From Paraspadella gotoi (Eukaryota; Animalia; Chaetognatha), in assembly GCA_051294375.1 (NCBI GenBank), contig CM119267.1, positions 15,058,722 through 15,122,721 on the forward strand: a DNA stretch of 64,000 nucleotides, read 5' to 3'. Below, in pieces: positions 13,472 through 26,588 of the stretch; the stretch's first letter is position 1, and each line of letters begins with the position of its first letter. The position numbers and the translations under genes were made by a program. The notes under the pieces were generated by a model. The model worked only from the letters and a program-made list of their open reading frames with translations. It did no database searches and was not told where the DNA came from.

Positions 13472-15107
13472 AATGTATTTGTCTTCAATGCCACCAAAGA
13501 ATTGTAATTTTACTTTTCTTTTTGTCTGGACTATTTGTTTTAACATCCAACACGGAAATGTTACGTATTCAATAAATGTATATTATTTGTTCTATCTCTA
13601 TCCTCTATACGTTAACCTAGAAATTTCAAATCTGTTTGTAATTTCAGTTATATATTTTTCTTAGTTTTATCAGCCGCTTATCTGAATTCCTGGCTATTGG
13701 TGGCTAATGTTTATGGATATTTAACCTAATGTTTATCGTTTTTGTTGGATGACAATTAGAAAGTAGGTGTCTTTTTAACTACGGGTACATCTTATTATAA
13801 TTTGTAAAGAGAGACAATAGCTCAAAAACTTAACAATTGTCGACGATTCCATTCTCAACCANNNNNNNNNNCAAAAACTTAACAATTCTCGACGATTCCA
13901 TTTTCAACCACCGAGCACCCTCAGCCGCCTCCGCCGCTGCTGCAGCTCCTGCCGCCGTCGTCATCCAACGCCCGCAGAGTCGGGCGGGTTCGAACTGGTC
14001 GGCCCCGCGGAGCAAGTGGGGGTGGACCGAAATGTTTCGGGTTGCGTGGGAGGGAATTAGGGAGAAGGGGAGGGGTAGGGTAAGGGGAGATAAGAAATCA
14101 AGTGCCTCTAAAGGGAAAGGAGCAAAGACTAAGGTTTAGAAAATCTGGACGGAGTTTGCTGGTTTCAGGTCAACGAAAAGAAAAAAACTTGGTTTATAAT
14201 ATAATATGATGAAGAGGTGTACGCGGTTTTTTTCTCCAGGAGGCCTTGGAAAATGGATCGAGGTAGATGGGGACTTTAAGGGGACAGTTGGGGCGGCTGT
14301 TGGGGGAAGATGGCGCGATTTGTGATTCCATAATCACCTCATTAGTATAATTGCGAGGGAATCCTTTGCCGGAGACGGGACTCGCCGCCGCAACCCTCAC
14401 TCTCTCGCTCTCTCTGTGAGACTCTCTTTCTCTCTTTCTGTTTCTGTCTGCCTTTGTACCTCTCTCTGTCTTTCTATTTGTTACTCATTATTTTTTTCTA
14501 TTTTTCTTTTTTTTTCTCTTAGTCTATCTATTTTTAATATTTTTTTTTATCTTTTTTTTAAATATTTTTTCCTTCTTCCTCCTATTTGTGATTAAATTTG
14601 CCTAAATATATTAATCTGTTTCTCGCTTTTATTCTTGTTTTCCGTCTGGTCGTCCGTCTGTTGGTTTCTCTCTCTCACTTTAACATCTCCTCTCTCTTCT
14701 CTCTCCTCTCTCTCTCTCTCCCCCTCTCTCTCTCTCACTTCTCTCCATCCCTTCTCCATCTGTTGAAGACGGGGAAGAAGATTGGACTCATAAATTCTTG
14801 TAAATCGCTCCTTATTAACGCCGTTAATTCGCATTATATTCCTGGAATTTCGAATAGAGGGCAAGTAATTTTTTTGTTCCCATTTTCGGGCGAATGGTTT
14901 TTCGTTAAATTATTTGGAAACTAACATTCTCGTGAAAAATATGAGCCTTCAAATTCTTTATAATAACATATGAAAGATGAATAAAGATCCTTTCAATTAA
15001 TGTTTTTTTAAAAATTGCTTCCCTTATCATTTGTCATTAGGTGATAATGAGCGGAGAAATCATTGGCTTACGCGTGCAAATGGTTTACCTGATGTCTGCG
15101 GCCGTTC

Positions 15108-15146
<39 letters not shown>

Positions 15147-16180
15147 CTCTCTCTCCTCTCTCTCTCTCTTCTCTCTTCTCTCTCTCTCTCTCTCTTCTCT
15201 CTCGTTTGGCAACAAGACGAGCGCGCTTTTTTCAAACCGCTGTTTAGTTCTTTTGTTTGTTATCGCTAGTCGTTGTCGCCCTGCGCATGCGCGTTTCTCT
15301 CTCTTTCTTCCTCATAATCGTTACCCCTTTCAGTTTATCATTGTTTCTCATGGACGCTCGTTGCTTTGTCATCAACTTTTCTTAAGAGTTTGTTCATTAC
15401 TTTAATTCCTCTTTGGAACGAATCCGTTTTGTCTTTTCTTTTCAGAATCTTTGTCAATTCCCTTCGTCTCGTCGAATTTGTCCTTTCGCTCTTTTTTCCT
15501 TGTCCTTTCGTCGTTGTCCTTTCGAGGGGGGATGTCCTTTTGTCTTCGTCCTTCGTCCCTCTATTCCCCGGATGAGCGTTTGTTTTTCTTTCGCGTCTTC
15601 AAACTTCGACGACGAACGACTTAATCGGGATCCTCATTCATCAAACGCTGGCGACGATGCTGATGATGAAGACGACGACGACGTCATCAAACATTTATAA
15701 CGACGAAAGCGACGGACTGGCGACCGTATGAAGTCGTAGACATCTTGCAAACGTTCGTCAAAATTTATTTTTGTTAAGACTTGGGACGAAAACCTATCAT
15801 CATTTAAGTTTATGTCCAGAGATGATTGGTTTGTGTCCACAACGATATAAGCGTCTTTTTTGCATTCTTGACAAAAATACCTGACGTTCCCTTAAAACGA
15901 GTTTTCACCTAAAAAAAAATCGTTTTCCTCACTCAGTTTATTTTCGTTTGCGCGGTTTGCATAATAGACGTTCCCTGAAGGCGGCGATTCTTACACACAA
16001 TTTTTTTTTCATTCCTTACTCTACTCTCTCCCTTCTACCCTGTTTCAAGCCCTACCCCTTCTCTCCTTCCATTTTCAATTCTTTTCCAACGACCACCAAT
16101 GACATCCAGCGTTCCTTTTCTTCGCCTCTCTTGTATCTCCGAGAACTCTCTCCCTCCTTTTCCCCGATCTTTGATCCCAA

Positions 16181-16259
16181 ATCTTTTTCCCCAATCTTTT
16201 CCCCAATCTTTTCCCCAATCTTTTCCCCAATCTTTTCCCCAATCTTTTTCCCAATCTTT
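16181..16259. repeat. 12-bp tandem repeat (ATCTTTTCCCCA), about 6 copies
   Basis: Seen directly; it produces the spurious FSPI/KDWG repeat ORFs. Confidence 0.9.
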
Positions 16260-16716
16260 AAAAAACCGCGGGGTTCGATTTCGCACAATCGCAATTTAGT
16301 ATTAAGCATCTATCTCTACCATTTTCTTTTCTCTTTTTTCTCATAGTAATCTTATTTCCCATTTCCCAGCTTCACGCCCTTCAACTATGTACTAACTATT
16401 TCTATTCCCCTTCTCTGCTTCGTTCCCTTTTCTTCCCTCCTCCTAACTCGCATTCAACCCCCCCCCCATGATTACCTCTTCATTACCCTCGACATCTTTC
16501 CTATGTAAAGCTCGTCAACCTTCTTCCTTTACCCCCCTCTCTTCCCTTTCCGCACCCCACACCCCCAAAAAACTCCCACAACCCCCACTAACCCGCGATA
16601 AAATTGCGACTTTGACGACTCGTGGTCTTCCAACTCTTCGCCGAGAGAATCCACTCAACTCCTGTCGGGCGTTCGACCTCTCACCCGCTCGACCATTCGT
16701 CTCTCGTCTCTCCCGA

Positions 16717-16748
<32 letters not shown>

Positions 16749-19041
16749 GCCGCCGCCCCCGCCGCCGCCGCCGTCTTCCGATCTTCTTCTCATTTCGTCC
16801 TCGTCCTCCTCGGGCCCATCGTTTCGTCTCATCCAAGGATCATCTTCTGCACCGCGTCCGGTCAGAGGAAGCGTCTGATCTTCTGGTTTCACCTTCTCAG
16901 GACTGACATTATGATGAGACATATAATTTATACCTTTTTAAGTAATATATGATATATGTATATTGTAGAAGGTGTACTATAAGTCGCTTCTTGTTCAATG
17001 TTCATAGTTTTGTTATATCGTGCCTATAATAAATTATCCTATTTAACTCTTTGTGTTTCATACATGAACGCCTCTATATCTTAAAATCGTTGTCCTTCAA
17101 ACTTACCATCTCACTCTCGTTCTCAATCTCCCTTTTCCTCATCTACACTTAATCGTCTCATCGTCTCACACCGCTCCTCTGCCTCTCCCATCCCCTCTCT
17201 CATCCCCTCATCCCCTTATCCCTCTTCCTCTGATCCCCTCATTCCTCATCCCCAATCCCCTCCCGCAATTCCTCCTCGTCCCATCATCGTCGATCCGGCG
17301 ACATTAACAACAAACGAGCCGCCGTCCAGGAATTCTCCATCGTCTTTCGTTGTATTTCGTCTTCGTCGTCGTCGTCGTCGTTATCGTCGTCGTCTTCTTC
17401 GTCGACGCCCGTGATGAAGGAGGGACGACGTGACGTCACTTCGGACGCGAAAGTGAAGGGGAGTGAAACGCGGGCGTCGTCGTCGTCGTCGTCGTCGACG
17501 ACGATTTACTCTGCGGTTGTTGACATGGCCGTCGCTTCTGCGGTCTTCCTCATCGTCGTCGTCGTTTTTATCCTCATAAACTCCACGCCTCCAAAGCGTC
17601 CGTTAGTTTTATTTTTAGACGCTAGGAGGCCTTCGAAGCGTCGCTGTTGAGTCCATTCCTCCGTCTGTCCGGTTTTATTTATCTAATAATATCATGGAGT
17701 TTTTAGTTACGGTTCTTTGGATTTTCAGCGATGGTACATTTACCTACATCTTGTTCTCATGAACAAAGTTTCACTTTATTGTGTTGAACGAAATATAACA
17801 AGTAAAAGTCAATACGAGTTAGTGCGAACGTTTTAGTCGTTCATAATTACCTTTCGTTTTTAATTTTGACCCCGTAGCATAGGGACAACGCGTCTGACTT
17901 TCGATCAAAGGACATTCAAATAATCTGACAGTTTAATTTTAAATTCGAAACTGAAAGACTGCAAAACACATCCCTCGCTTTCCCCCTTTCAGTAATAATT
18001 TCATCTCCTCTAAAATATTTACTTCCTCTTCGCTGAAATTCGAAGAAAATTCATTAAATTTCGCCTGAAAAAAATAGGGAAAAATTTCCGTCGACGAATA
18101 AACTCCGAATCAATTTCATGCAGCCATTGAAGATGCAGTCATTCGCGATACGATCATTCAAAATGCATTTTTTGACGACGCCGACGGCGACGCGGCGGTG
18201 GCGGCGACGGCCGGGGCGGTGGCGGCAGCGGTCCCCCGCGCGATGGAATTTCATCCATAAACAACGACGACGCCGACGATGATGATGGCTGCGGCGGCGC
18301 CTCAGCGGCAGAGACGGAAAGAGCGGCGCCGGCCTGGCGGAAGCGGCAAATCGGCGTTTCCCAATCTGAGATTGAAAAACTCCAAGGATTGAATGAACAA
18401 CGATACAATTAGTTTCTTTTTCGCATTGTTGTTTTCGCTGGCCTCTTTTTCCAATGGTTTTCTTCTCTTCGTCTCGCTCACAGCAACGAACAATGGACAT
18501 TTGGCCATCCTCGTCGTTTACGCCGGTTTGTGTTTTTACGTGGCTGCTTGCAAAACTTGAATTTCAGCAGTGCGACAAGCCGTCAGCGTTCCAAAGTCCT
18601 TTTCCTCTTACTCATTCTCCCCCCCTCCGAACTTCTTTTCCCTCATCCCCCTCTTCTCTTTCATCACCGATTCCCCCCCCGTCATCCTCTCTCCCCTTCC
18701 TCCTTCAAAAACTTCATTTCCCTTCCCTCTTTCCTTTTTCTTTGTTTGTTTACTATTCAGAGGTCAAATTTCAGCGCCGCTTCGAGCAAATCTTCGCCTC
18801 ACTCTGGTTTTGTTGATCGGAAATAGGAAATCGACGTGATGAAGAGTTTTCGTGACGTTTATGTATATTTTAGGGGGCGTTGTTCGCGTTGTTCGCCGCG
18901 TGAGTCGGTTCCGTTGGCACGAGGGGAAACATTTCTTTTTTTTCTTTTTTCGACGGAGTTTCAAACGTGATTAGTCTATTCAAAAGAAAAAAAAATCCCA
19001 AAACCCACAAATTAATTCATCACCACGAGTTTTTATGACCG

Positions 19042-19105
<64 letters not shown>

Positions 19106-19877
19106 CAAGCTTCGGACACACAATTTCACGGTCGAGCTGCGACCTTAATTTCTTCCAGTTTTCTTTTCTCCGTCAAGAAATCCAAGGCGCCGACGAATCC
19201 TCGCCCGACATTGTCGGTTGATCCCCGAGTCAAGGTCGGCCGAGATACTTGGGATCAAAAAGTTCCGAAACAACGCGACGTAAACGCCTGACCGTCGTTT
19301 CTTCCATGCGTCGGTCTGTCCTTTATCAAAATTTTTGGAAACTTTCTTTGTTTGAACGGTTATTAACTATTGAGAAACTTTTTCGCGTGATTTATCTCGA
19401 CTAGTTTTTTTCTCCCCGAGATCAGAACTACCCGTTCGTGATTGCAAACCCCAACTATATCTTGATTAATTAGTACAAATCATCTTTGTTGTGATAAAAC
19501 ATTGCCTAGTCGCCTGATTCTTTTCCATATTATATCAGTTTTATTCAAAGGTATCCCTCTCTCACTCTCAGTTCTTTACGATCTCGTCTCCGCGCTTTAA
19601 TCACTGCCAAGTCTTTCCCTCCTTTTATATTCCTTACCTTTTATCCCTTACCTCGCCGCCACCTTCCCTTCCCCCCCATCGCTTTCTGTTCTTCTTGAAT
19701 TAACGGAAATTAAAGGGAATTTGCATATCGAGCGAATTTATTGCGTCGAAGTTCCTCGTCGCTCAGGTCATCAGCGTCGCTAGCGAATCGCTTTACTCGA
19801 CGATAACGAATTCCTTTTCAACTTAATTCATTTTATTTTTTTTTCCTCTTTCCTTTTTCTATTATTTTGTTTTTTAT

Positions 19878-19969
<92 letters not shown>

Positions 19970-19985
19970 ACCTTTCTTTCCTTTC
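19878..19985. repeat. (TTTC)n microsatellite
   Basis: Seen directly. Confidence 0.95.
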
Positions 19986-20336
19986 TTCCTCCTTTTTTGT
20001 TCGTTTATTTGAACATCGATTTGTATTCGCTTTTTCTTCTCTCAGAATTCCAGACTCGCGCTTTCCCCCTTCCGAAGCCATTCACCTTCATTCACTTTCC
20101 ATTCCTCACCTTCTTCATTCCCTTACCTTTCGCCTCACCTCAGTTCTCTCTTTTCGCTTTCTGCGAGCGAAACAGCTTTCGTCATCAGTAAGACGACAGG
20201 TTTTCCATATCAAATTGTTTGTTCCGTGGCGAATACGGAAAAATGTATACAAGAAGTCGCAGAAAGATACGAAACTCAAAGATTGAAACCCACTCACGCC
20301 CCATCCTGGGTGACTTACCCTCGGAGCGGAACGTCC

Positions 20337-20371
<35 letters not shown>

Positions 20372-22697
20372 TCCGTTTCCGTCGTTGATGTTGTTTACAA
20401 ATGAAATCCATTACGAGTCTTGCAGTTTCTTTTACAGCTTCGGCTTCGCTCGGAAATCTCGGGAAAAAAGTAGCGCGCGGGAACATGGGTTAGATTTTCT
20501 TTGGAACGGGGAAGAGGGTAGGTATTTTAAGGTATTTACAGGTGCGATATCTATCCAAACGTAACTATTCAACTTCGGTGTTGATGGCGTGGGGGCAGAA
20601 GGACAGGAGAATAGAATATTTTACATGGGGTAAAAGAGAAAATAATTTTGGTTAACTTTTTATATATTATTTTATTGTTATTATTTTTTAAAAATGATAA
20701 CTTGAATTGAAAGTTGTCAAAGAATAGGGCAAGCGATAGAGGGCGAGAAGGCGCACCTGACGACGTGAGAAGAAGGTGCGTTAATTTAAAGGCCGACGAA
20801 TGAGAAAAGAAATCCATTAGTACCTTTCGCGAAACTAAACTCGGGGAAAAAGGGGAGGGCCGTGGGGGGGCGTGGTGGTTGGGGGGTAATGGGAAAGAAA
20901 GACGACGATAAAAAAATTATCTTCTTTCGTTTATTAAATTTACTCGAGTATTTTTTTTATAGGTCTAACTGTCGCACAGTCAGACGCCCGCATGTATATT
21001 CATTATTCACGAGTTTTAATTAAAAAAAAAATCAAAAAAAAGCAAAATTAAAGAAATTTTCCCCCACCCCCTGATTTTAATTCCAATGCTTTTCTCTCGC
21101 GCCTCCTCCTCTTCCGCCTCAAACCGTTTTTCCACGGGACCCGCCCCCTGTTTTCAAATTCCGCTTTTCTGACCGTAAATCTCATTTATCCCAAGCTCAG
21201 AACGCCTTCGGTCCCGCCATAAAACTGTCAGCGTCTGCGGCGTAAAAAATTGTCGCTTTGCACCTCGAATGCCGTTCTACTCTAATTCCTTACTTTTTTT
21301 TATGAGGAGAAGAGTCCCGCTTTCTTAGAGAATGCGCAGCATTTAGTAAAATTTTTTCGTTGAAATTTTTGAAAGCTTTTTGAATTGTTCTTGATTCTCT
21401 ATGCCAGCTATGGGTACTTCTGTCGCCTTGGAGCTTACTATTTTTGCAAACACTTTATGAAAAAAACCGTTGACCGCAATGACTCACAACATCTTCACAA
21501 TAAATGTTTGAGGCAGTGACTAATTGGCCGCGCTACTTACCTCAAAGTTAAAAGCAACGACGAATCGCGCTGCCGAACCAGGCTTAAACGGGGACGAGGT
21601 CCACTTCCCAACGCCGCTTTAAATATCTCCGCCAATGATATCAATTCTGGTTTTTCACAATTCAGCGGTTTGTCACTTGTCATTGACAAGTATTCCAGCT
21701 TTATTAGCGACTTCCTCATTCAGCTGAGAAACCAACAAACAGTGAAAAGAGTTACAACAACAACAACAACAACAATTCTAAACGAAGGCACTCGAGAAAA
21801 TACATTAGCCTTAATCGGGCATCGATAACTTTAACGACATCGGCGCCCACGTCGCTATCCCGAATTCCAAGGCTCAGAGACTGCAGCAGTAGGAGTTTCT
21901 TTCCTCCCTTTTTTCTGGCTCAGTTATGACGTCATCCGGATCATGAACTTGTTCGTCTCCGTATCTAGGAAAGGACGCTGGAGATGGAAAGTTCTTGACC
22001 TCCTAAATTCTTCCCTCGTTCTTATAATAATTTCTATTTATCCTTAGTTACTTACTTCTTCCTTTCTCTTCCTTCCTTCCTTCCTTCCTTCCTTACTTCC
22101 ATCCATCTTTCATTCACTCTTCACAAAAGCCCCGGATCAATTCGCCCTTACCTTCCCTCCTACCTCTCGAGCTCACCTCCAAATGTCCCGCGAGATTTGA
22201 TCCTTGACCTCCGGCAGTAAAAGTCGCGCTTCGGAATATCAAGTCGAAAAGGCAGTTAGATTTAACCCCAGAAATCCCAGGCAGATATTTGAAATGGAAT
22301 CATAGGTGGATATATTCAATGGAATTACTGGGGTTGTATCGCTCTCAAGTATGAATAAACTTCGAGGGGTCAAAGACAATTGCAATATCACAGTCGCCTT
22401 AATCTTAGATAGTTTCAGTTAAGTAACTTTAACAACTGGCAACATTATTTGCTACAGCTTTCTCTAAGCACTCGGCATATACTGTACATTGCAATGTACA
22501 ATGAGGTTTATAAATCGAATAAATTACAGGCACATTGACAATGATTATTCCTCTTTCTCTCTCTCTCTCTCTTTTACTTCCGTTTCCTCAAACCTCACTC
22601 TGTCCCTATCTCGCACTCCTCCGCCATCTGTCTCCGGTTTTCGCCAAGATGGAGAAGATTCCCCGACTCCGCCAGCGCCAGGTTATCTTCGTTTCCG

Positions 22698-22888
22698 GTC
22701 ACGTGACTTTTCTTATTCCCGCGTCGCGTGATTCAAGTTTTTTTTTTCCTTAAATTTTTTTTTCGGCTGCGCGAGGCGATTTTCACTTGTACCTCCGATG
22801 CTACGCTTCCTTTCCGTATCGCGAGGCTTCGTTCCCTCGCGTAGCGCGATCACGTGACCAAAGAAGAACCCGGAGAAAGTCACGTGAC
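22698..22888. promoter_or_regulatory. Cluster of three extended E-box (CLEAR/USF-type) palindromes
   Basis: GTCACGTGAC 22698-22707, ATCACGTGAC 22849-22858 and GTCACGTGAC 22879-22888 in a CpG-rich patch. Confidence 0.4.
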
Positions 22889-23497
22889 CATCGAGCGACG
22901 CCCGATGAATGGATGACGAGACGACGTGGACCCAGCGGTTTCGGCCACTGAGGAGAGACAAGCAGATAGAAAAAAGCAGGAGAGACAAGAGAGAGAGAAG
23001 AGAGAGAGAGAGAAGAGAAGAGAGAGAGAGAGAGAGAAGGAAGAGGAGAGAGAGAGGGAGAGGAGAGAGAAGAGAGAGACTAAAGGGATATAAAGGTGGG
23101 CGAAATAGGTTGACCACCACCAGCGAATAAGTTAATTGAGGGACCGGGCTTTTGGTTCGACGACTCGTTCAAAGATGTGGAAAGAGTTGAACGAACTTTG
23201 GGCAACTGTGTCGATTCGACCCGCGTTTGACCTCAAGTCTCAATCTGGCCAGTTTTTAATTCGTCAATTAGAAAAAAAAAACTTTAAAAAAGCCAAAAGT
23301 CTTTTCCCTTTCCTCGTTGGCTAATGCGGTGTTTTCTTTGGAGAATTTCAACTTATCTGTCCCATTCATTCTTTCAGTGGACACCGATTTCTGACTTTTT
23401 GTCTCTCTCCTTTTTTTTCCCACCCTCTCTCCTCCTTAACTTGACATTGGCTAAAGAAAAAAAATCGTCCTGAACTGCGGGAGACACAAGTCACCCT

Positions 23498-23571
23498 GTT
23501 ACCATGGAGACGAATGTCCGTGCTACACCGGTTGAGCAAGAGAGAGAGGCGAAGCGCGTTGCTATGGAGAC
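23498..23571. promoter_or_regulatory. Pair of X-box (RFX-binding) motifs
   Basis: GTTACCATGGAGAC 23498-23511 and GTTGCTATGGAGAC 23558-23571 closely match the GTTGCCATGGCAAC consensus. Confidence 0.45.
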
Positions 23572-24046
23572 GCGAAAGGCTTGTGACGGGATTCCACCAT
23601 AAATCGTCAGAGAGTAACTAGGCTCTCAAGTTAAGGTGCTGCAATTGCTGCAAATATAGTCGAGTAAAGTAGATTCAAGTTTTGTAACCAACACCCCTCT
23701 TACAAAGTACAAACTATTTCTAGAATCTAGAGCGATAAGAGATTTGTGAGAATATCCAGAGTTAATTCATTTTTCTGTTGATTAATAATGATGATTATAT
23801 TATATATAAATATCCTTCATACTTCCAGTCTTGTAAATATTTTTCGAGGAATGAAAAAAATTATTAACATGCAATTAAAAGATGAAAAAATACAAATCGT
23901 CTAACAATATTTATGCTAATTTTGCACGAATTTACAATATAAAAAGTATATAAATGAGTATTGCCAAATGCCAACTAGTTTTAAAAAATAATTCCATTTG
24001 AATAGTACAACTACAAGCCCCGAATTCTCTCTTTTTAAAATATTCT

Positions 24047-25465
24047 TTACTTCGCCTTGACCGTGATCTGAAAAGGCTCCGGATACCAGAACAGCAGCAC
24101 CTTCCTTCCCTTCAACGACGACACTTTCGATCCTTCCGCCAACGCCAACTCGGTCTTCAGCAACAACTTGGCCACGAAGAGTTGGAGGGTCATTCTCGCC
24201 TCCAATTCGCCGAAGCATCGCCTCGTCCCGACTCCGTAGACGATCAGATTCTCGTTCCTCTTGTACTTTCCGTTGTCGTCGAGGAAACGCTCCGGGCGGA
24301 AAACCTCGGGCTCTTCCCACAATCGAGGATCCTCGTGACACGCCCTCAAATTGGCGAGGATGATCTTGTCGTCGGGGATATCGAATCCCGCAAAGTTGAC
24401 GACGGGTTCCATGGCCGAATGCGGCAGAGTAAACTCGGCCGCCGAGGTTTTCCTCAACACTTCGTCAATGAAGGCGTGGAGATAATCCACGTCCTTCAAG
24501 GAATCGATGGAGAGCTTCGCGCCTCCATCCATGACACGTCCTATATCTTCCGCCAGCCTGGAAGCGACGTCTGGTCGACGTAGGAGCCAGGTGATTGTCC
24601 AGCCGAGAGTGGCCGCCATGGTGTCCGTCCCAGCGAAAAAGTGATCCATGACGCCGTGATGGACGTTAAGCGCCGAGAGATGTTCGGCGTCAGGATTTCG
24701 TCGTCGCTCAATCGCGACGGCGTCGAGGAGGCATCCGGGTTCGTCGTCGTCCTTCAGCGTCTCCTCGCGTCGTTGAAGCGCCTCGTCGATGTAGTTGACG
24801 ACCACGTCGTAGGAAGCCAGCGCCTTCTGCACCAGCGCCGTCTTGTAGAATCGAATCGCGGACGGGAACAGCAAGTAGATTGGCTCGAAGCCGCTGGCCA
24901 AGGTGTCGCGAAACAGGCTGAATAGGCCATCGTGAATGGGAGAGGCCTCTCCCAATTCTCTCCTGACACCGAAAACGACTCTGGAGGTGATGTTGGCGAA
25001 GGCGTCGCGGAGGAGAGTCTCTGGATCAAAGGCGGCGTCCTTCTTCGTCATCACCTCGATCAGATCGTCCATCTCCGCGACCACGGCGGCCTCCAACCTC
25101 CTCGGCTCGAACGACGTCGTCGCCGCCAATCGATGAAGATCCTTCCACTCCTCCGACCAACGCTGGAACACGATGCCCTTTTCTCGAGGGTAGGTGATTG
25201 TCCCAAGGGCGTTGAGCGAGCCTCCGCGCGCGGCCAGATCTCGCCGGGTCATCAACTCCTTCGCCAACTCCGTCTCGTTGACGACGATGTACGGACTCAG
25301 AAACGGGAGCAACCGAAACTCGAAGATGGGCCCGACGTCGCGGCTCCAACGGGCGAAGGTCGGAGCGTAATCCTCTCGGGGTAAACGGCTGTGGCCTAGT
25401 AACCAGTGGCCTCGAGGCCCTAGCGGCACGGTGCGTTGCGAGGATCGCAGAGAGAAGGACGACAT
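24047..25465 (-). CDS. Cytochrome P450 (probably clan 2-like), single exon, 472 aa, no N-terminal anchor (P450-A)
   Basis: Hinge-like PLGPRGHWLLG, C-helix WKDLHR, I-helix AGTDT, K-helix EVLR, PERF, and heme loop YGVGTRRCFG. Confidence 0.95.
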   Translation of the reverse strand: MSSFSLRSSQRTVPLGPRGHWLLGHSRLPREDYAPTFARWSRDVGPIFEFRLLPFLSPYIVVNETELAKELMTRRDLAARGGSLNALGTITYPREKGIVFQRWSEEWKDLHRLAATTSFEPRRLEAAVVAEMDDLIEVMTKKDAAFDPETLLRDAFANITSRVVFGVRRELGEASPIHDGLFSLFRDTLASGFEPIYLLFPSAIRFYKTALVQKALASYDVVVNYIDEALQRREETLKDDDEPGCLLDAVAIERRRNPDAEHLSALNVHHGVMDHFFAGTDTMAATLGWTITWLLRRPDVASRLAEDIGRVMDGGAKLSIDSLKDVDYLHAFIDEVLRKTSAAEFTLPHSAMEPVVNFAGFDIPDDKIILANLRACHEDPRLWEEPEVFRPERFLDDNGKYKRNENLIVYGVGTRRCFGELEARMTLQLFVAKLLLKTELALAEGSKVSSLKGRKVLLFWYPEPFQITVKAK

Positions 25466-25754
25466 TTTATATTATGTTTGTGTTTGTTTTACTTTTTTGA
25501 AACAGTCACTTGTCTTTTCATTTAAGATACTTTCAAAAAATTAGTTAAGCTGTCGTTAGTTTGTCAAAATATTTCATCACTTTTTCATATTATAATTATT
25601 ATATTTAAATCAGCGCGACGATGACTTCACTGTGATCGTTAAAAAAAAAAGCGCTCGTTTTGTTTTAAACCGACTCGAAGCGTCGTCTTCCGGGCCGCTG
25701 CTGCCGATTTGAAAAAAATGATATAATTAGTTTATAGATAATTGGACGCGAGAG

Positions 25755-25823
<69 letters not shown>

Positions 25824-26379
25824 TCGTTTTATCTCGAGTCTCGAGTCTAGGCTCCGAACTCTTCGGTTTTAATTGGTCCAACCTAATTAGACCCTAAAAT
25901 TAGATCATCTTCATCATCTTTTTTTCGAACAGAGAAGGGAGGGGAACGAGGGCTTTTGTTGAAAGAGGGGGCACGAGGTAATGCCCCCCCCCCAAAAAAA
26001 AAGGAACCAGAAGTTGTCGCAGAAGTTATGTTGTTATTTTTCTTTGCTCCCTCCATTTCCGTTTATAGGCGTAAACAAGCTCATGACTCGGTCGCGCCAT
26101 TCATCACGGGTCGTCATGGCAACCGTGGAAGAGGCGCGGAGGCCGAGGAAAAAAAAATATTGTCAAGATGGCGTCGGTCAGAATCGTTTGTTGTGACGAC
26201 GCCACCTGCGAGAGGAAAGAAAAGGTAAGAAAAAGGTAATGAAGTAAAAAAAACAGAATGGAGAAAACGTATTTGATTCTTCTCCTGTGGTTTGACACAG
26301 CAAAGTACGTACGTCCAGTTTTTAAAATTCAAGACTGGCTCACCTTATTTTTATATTCGTATTTATTCGCTTAACTATC

Positions 26380-26588
26380 TTTTCTTTTTACTGTACTCAG
26401 GCATTGCCTAAGTTCACCCCACCTATAAGCATGGCACCTTCGGTCGTAACCCGGTGGCTCATTGAGTAAAGCCATCAGCTTGGTACCGAGATTAATCCCA
26501 ACACGGTACCGACCCTGCGGGAAGCGTGAGGACGGCCGTAAACCGCCTGGTTCCAAACCCAGGACCAGTTCCTTGGCTGCTAGACTAC
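26380..26588 (-). mobile_element. Possible tRNA-derived SINE or structured-RNA relic
   Basis: GC-richer island in an AT-rich spacer. The minus strand starts GTAGTCTAGCAGCCAAGG (A-box-like), then CCTGGGTTTGGAACCAGG (B-box/T-arm-like), has an internal GGTACC...GGTACC hairpin and an A-rich 3' end. Confidence 0.35.

Noticed and set aside
12091-13546. Overlapping and antisense ORFs within the SLC16 gene, and likewise within the P450 and mannosidase genes
   Set aside because: Shadow ORFs expected from GC-rich codon usage of the real gene.
13822-13911. About 39-bp direct repeat
   Set aside because: The copies flank a 10-N gap, so this is an unmerged contig overlap.
15948-16346. Repeat-protein-like ORFs (FSPI, KDWG, GEKI) and a superficially array-like pattern
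   Set aside because: Simple 12-bp tandem repeat without unique spacers; not CRISPR and no coding evidence.
20175-20195. Other CTGATGA occurrences (minus strand here; also near 3546, 4412, 15660 and 32662) as possible hammerheads
   Set aside because: None has a stem II followed by GAAA in the right geometry.
21532-21545. TACTTACCT resembling the 5' end of U1 snRNA
   Set aside because: No U1 body follows; better read as a minus-strand splice donor.
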